This document shows, one piece after another, positions 61,862-64,000 of a stretch of DNA of 64,000 bases. The notes beneath the pieces are model-generated. The model was not told where the DNA came from. It searched no databases and saw only the letters and a program-made list of their open reading frames with translations. Origin of the DNA: Chiloscyllium plagiosum (Eukaryota); the NCBI RefSeq assembly GCF_004010195.1, contig NC_057721.1:60952156-61016155 (forward strand), read 5' to 3'. Position numbers and translations under genes: made by a program. The number at the start of each line of letters is the position of its first letter. Position 1 is the stretch's first letter.

Positions 61862-63420
61862 TCAAAGAGTCGGTGTCATACAGCATGGAAACAGACCCTT
61901 CAGTCCAACTCATCCATGCCGACCAAAGTTCCCAGAACTAAAGTCCCACTTGACTGCATTTGGCCTCTAAACCTCTATTTACGTATCTATCCGAATATCT
62001 TTTAGCTGTTATCACTGTACCTGCATCTACCATTTCCTCTGGCAATTTATTCCACAAATGAACCGCCCTTTGTGAGAAAAGGTTGCCCATCAGATCCCTT
62101 TAAAATCTTCCCCTCTGTCATCTTAAAAATATGCCCCCAGTTTTGAACTCCCCCACCCTAGGAAAAGTCCTTAGATATGCCCCTCATGATTTTATAAACC
62201 TCTTATAAGGTCACCCCTCAACCTCCTATGCTGTAGTGAAAGAGGTCCCAACCTCACCTTGTCATTGAAACTCTCCAGTCTCGGTAACATCCTGGTAAAT
62301 CTCTTCTGCACCCTCTCAAATTAAATAATATCCTTCCTACAGCAGGGTGACCAGAACTGGACACAGTACTCCAAGAGTGGCCGCACCAATGACCTGTACA
62401 ATCTCAACATGATGTTCCAACTCCTATACTCAATCATCTGAGTAAAGACGCCAAGCATGATAAATGTCTCCTTGACTACCCTGTCTACCTGAATGCAACT
62501 ACCATAGAACTATGTACCTGAACCCCTAGTCTCGCAGTTCAACAACACTACCCAAGGCCGTGTCATTGCCTATCATTAACTGTATAAGTCCGACCCTTGT
62601 GTGTTTTACCAAAATGCAATACCTCACATTTATCCAAATTAAACTCCATCTACCACTCCTCAGCCCATTGGACCAGTTGATTAAGATTCCTTTGTAATTT
62701 TAAATAACCTTCTTCTCTAAGGAGAAAGTGAGGACTGCAGATGCTGGAGATCAGAGCTGAAAGAATCCGACGTTTTGGGCATGTCCTTGGCGGAGTGGGA
62801 GAGGGAGTTAACCAACCCAACCACCCTGTGGCTGAACACTTTAACTCCTCCTCCCACTCCACCAAGGGCATGCAGGTCCTTGGCCTCCTCCATCGCCATA
62901 CCATGGCAACACAACGCCTGGAGGAAGAGCGCCTTATCTTCCGCCTAGGAACCCTCCAACCACAAGGGATGAATGCAGATTTCTGCAGCTTCCTCATTTT
63001 CCATCCCCCCACCATATCTCAGTCCCAACCCTCGGACTCAGCACCGCCTTCTTGACCTGCAATCTTCTTCCTGACCTCTCCTCCCCCACCCTCTCTCCGG
63101 CCTATCACCCTCACCTTAACCTCCTTCCACCTACCGCATTCCCAACGCCCCTCCCCAAGCCCCTCCTCCCTACCTTTTATCTTAGTCTGCTTGGCATACC
63201 TTCCTCATTCCTGAAGAAGGGCTTATGCCCGAAACGTCGATTCTCCTGCTCCTTGGATGCTGCCTGACCTGCTGCGCTTTTCCAGCAACACATTTTTCAG
63301 CTCTAACCTTCTTCTCTGTCAACTATACCACTAATTTTAGTGTCATCCACAAACTTATTAACTCTAAATTCTCATTCAAATCATTTCTATAAATGACAAA
63401 CAACAGTGGACTCAGCACCA
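61862..63420 (-). mobile_element. CR1 LINE 3' fragment interrupted by a PLE
   Basis: gtcatacagcatggaaacagaccc tail; EEGYLKLQRNLNQLVQWAEEW; gtgtcatccacaaactt. Confidence 0.85.
62719..63303 (+). mobile_element. PLE (family B) 3' fragment with short 5' inversion
   Basis: 14-bp TSD TAACCTTCTTCTCT (62705-62718, 63304-63317); HPVAEHFNSSSHS..EEERLIFRLGTLQPQG; hammerhead at 63207-63242. Confidence 0.88.
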
Positions 63421-64000
63421 CTCTGCAGAAGGAATTGCCATGAACAATATAATGCAACACATCAGCCTTTCCATGAGCTTTACTCAATGTAATGGATTCC
63501 AGTATAAAGCTCTGAATGTGGGGCTGACAATCTGAAAATGCATTTATTTTTGGCAGGCAGTTACGAAGAGTTGGCTCTTTCGGAAACAGGTTGGTTTCTG
63601 TCGGCCAGGAAAATCTTGATTAGCCTTTTCCACTCCCTTTGATTGCATACCATGAACACCTTTGCCATGTAATCTCTCTTGCTCTCCATTCTGTTGCAGA
63701 TCTTCCCTTCTGTCCAGCGTCCCACCCTCGAAACTTGTTCATTTCTAACTTTTCAGGTGAAAAGTCACACGCACACAATTCTAATTCTGTATCACTCTCT
63801 GCAGATGCTACCTGACCTATTCTAGTATTTCCAGAATGTTCTGTTTTTATTTCAGGTTTCCAGCATCTGCAGTATTTTGATTTTGTAAGCTGACAATTAC
63901 TCTCAGGTTTAGATCAGTGTCAGCTGGAAATTAGTCACTCGTAAGTATTGGAAGAAAAGCCTGTACTCATCCATCACTTCACTGGTTGCCATTTTCTAAC

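Overview
Vertebrate genomic DNA from a cartilaginous fish (shark). The organism is inferred from HE1-type V-SINEs, a Deu-domain SINE, abundant CR1 and Penelope-like elements and the MRAP sequence. The window has four N gaps and is mostly transposon-derived. Three host genes are supported: (1) the first coding exon of MRAP (MRAP1) on the minus strand at 5602-5734, with the remaining exons presumably left of the window; (2) an intronless FNDC9-family ORF (FN3 + TM, 225 aa) at 8871-9548 (+); (3) a complete 5-exon MIS18A (181 aa, 38317-53271, +) with a GC-AG intron 3 and a last acceptor whose branch-point window is a SINE tail. MIS18A and MRAP are divergent, as in mammals, but an FNDC9-like gene lies between them. 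The most striking non-gene signal is at least four Penelope-like terminal-repeat families carrying minimal type-I hammerhead ribozyme folds. These occur in larger fragments, in fold-backs, and as 80-220 bp TSD-flanked mini-insertions. A decayed Gypsy element (about 54.5-61.2 kb) carries nested insertions. Repeat boundaries are approximate and were read by eye.
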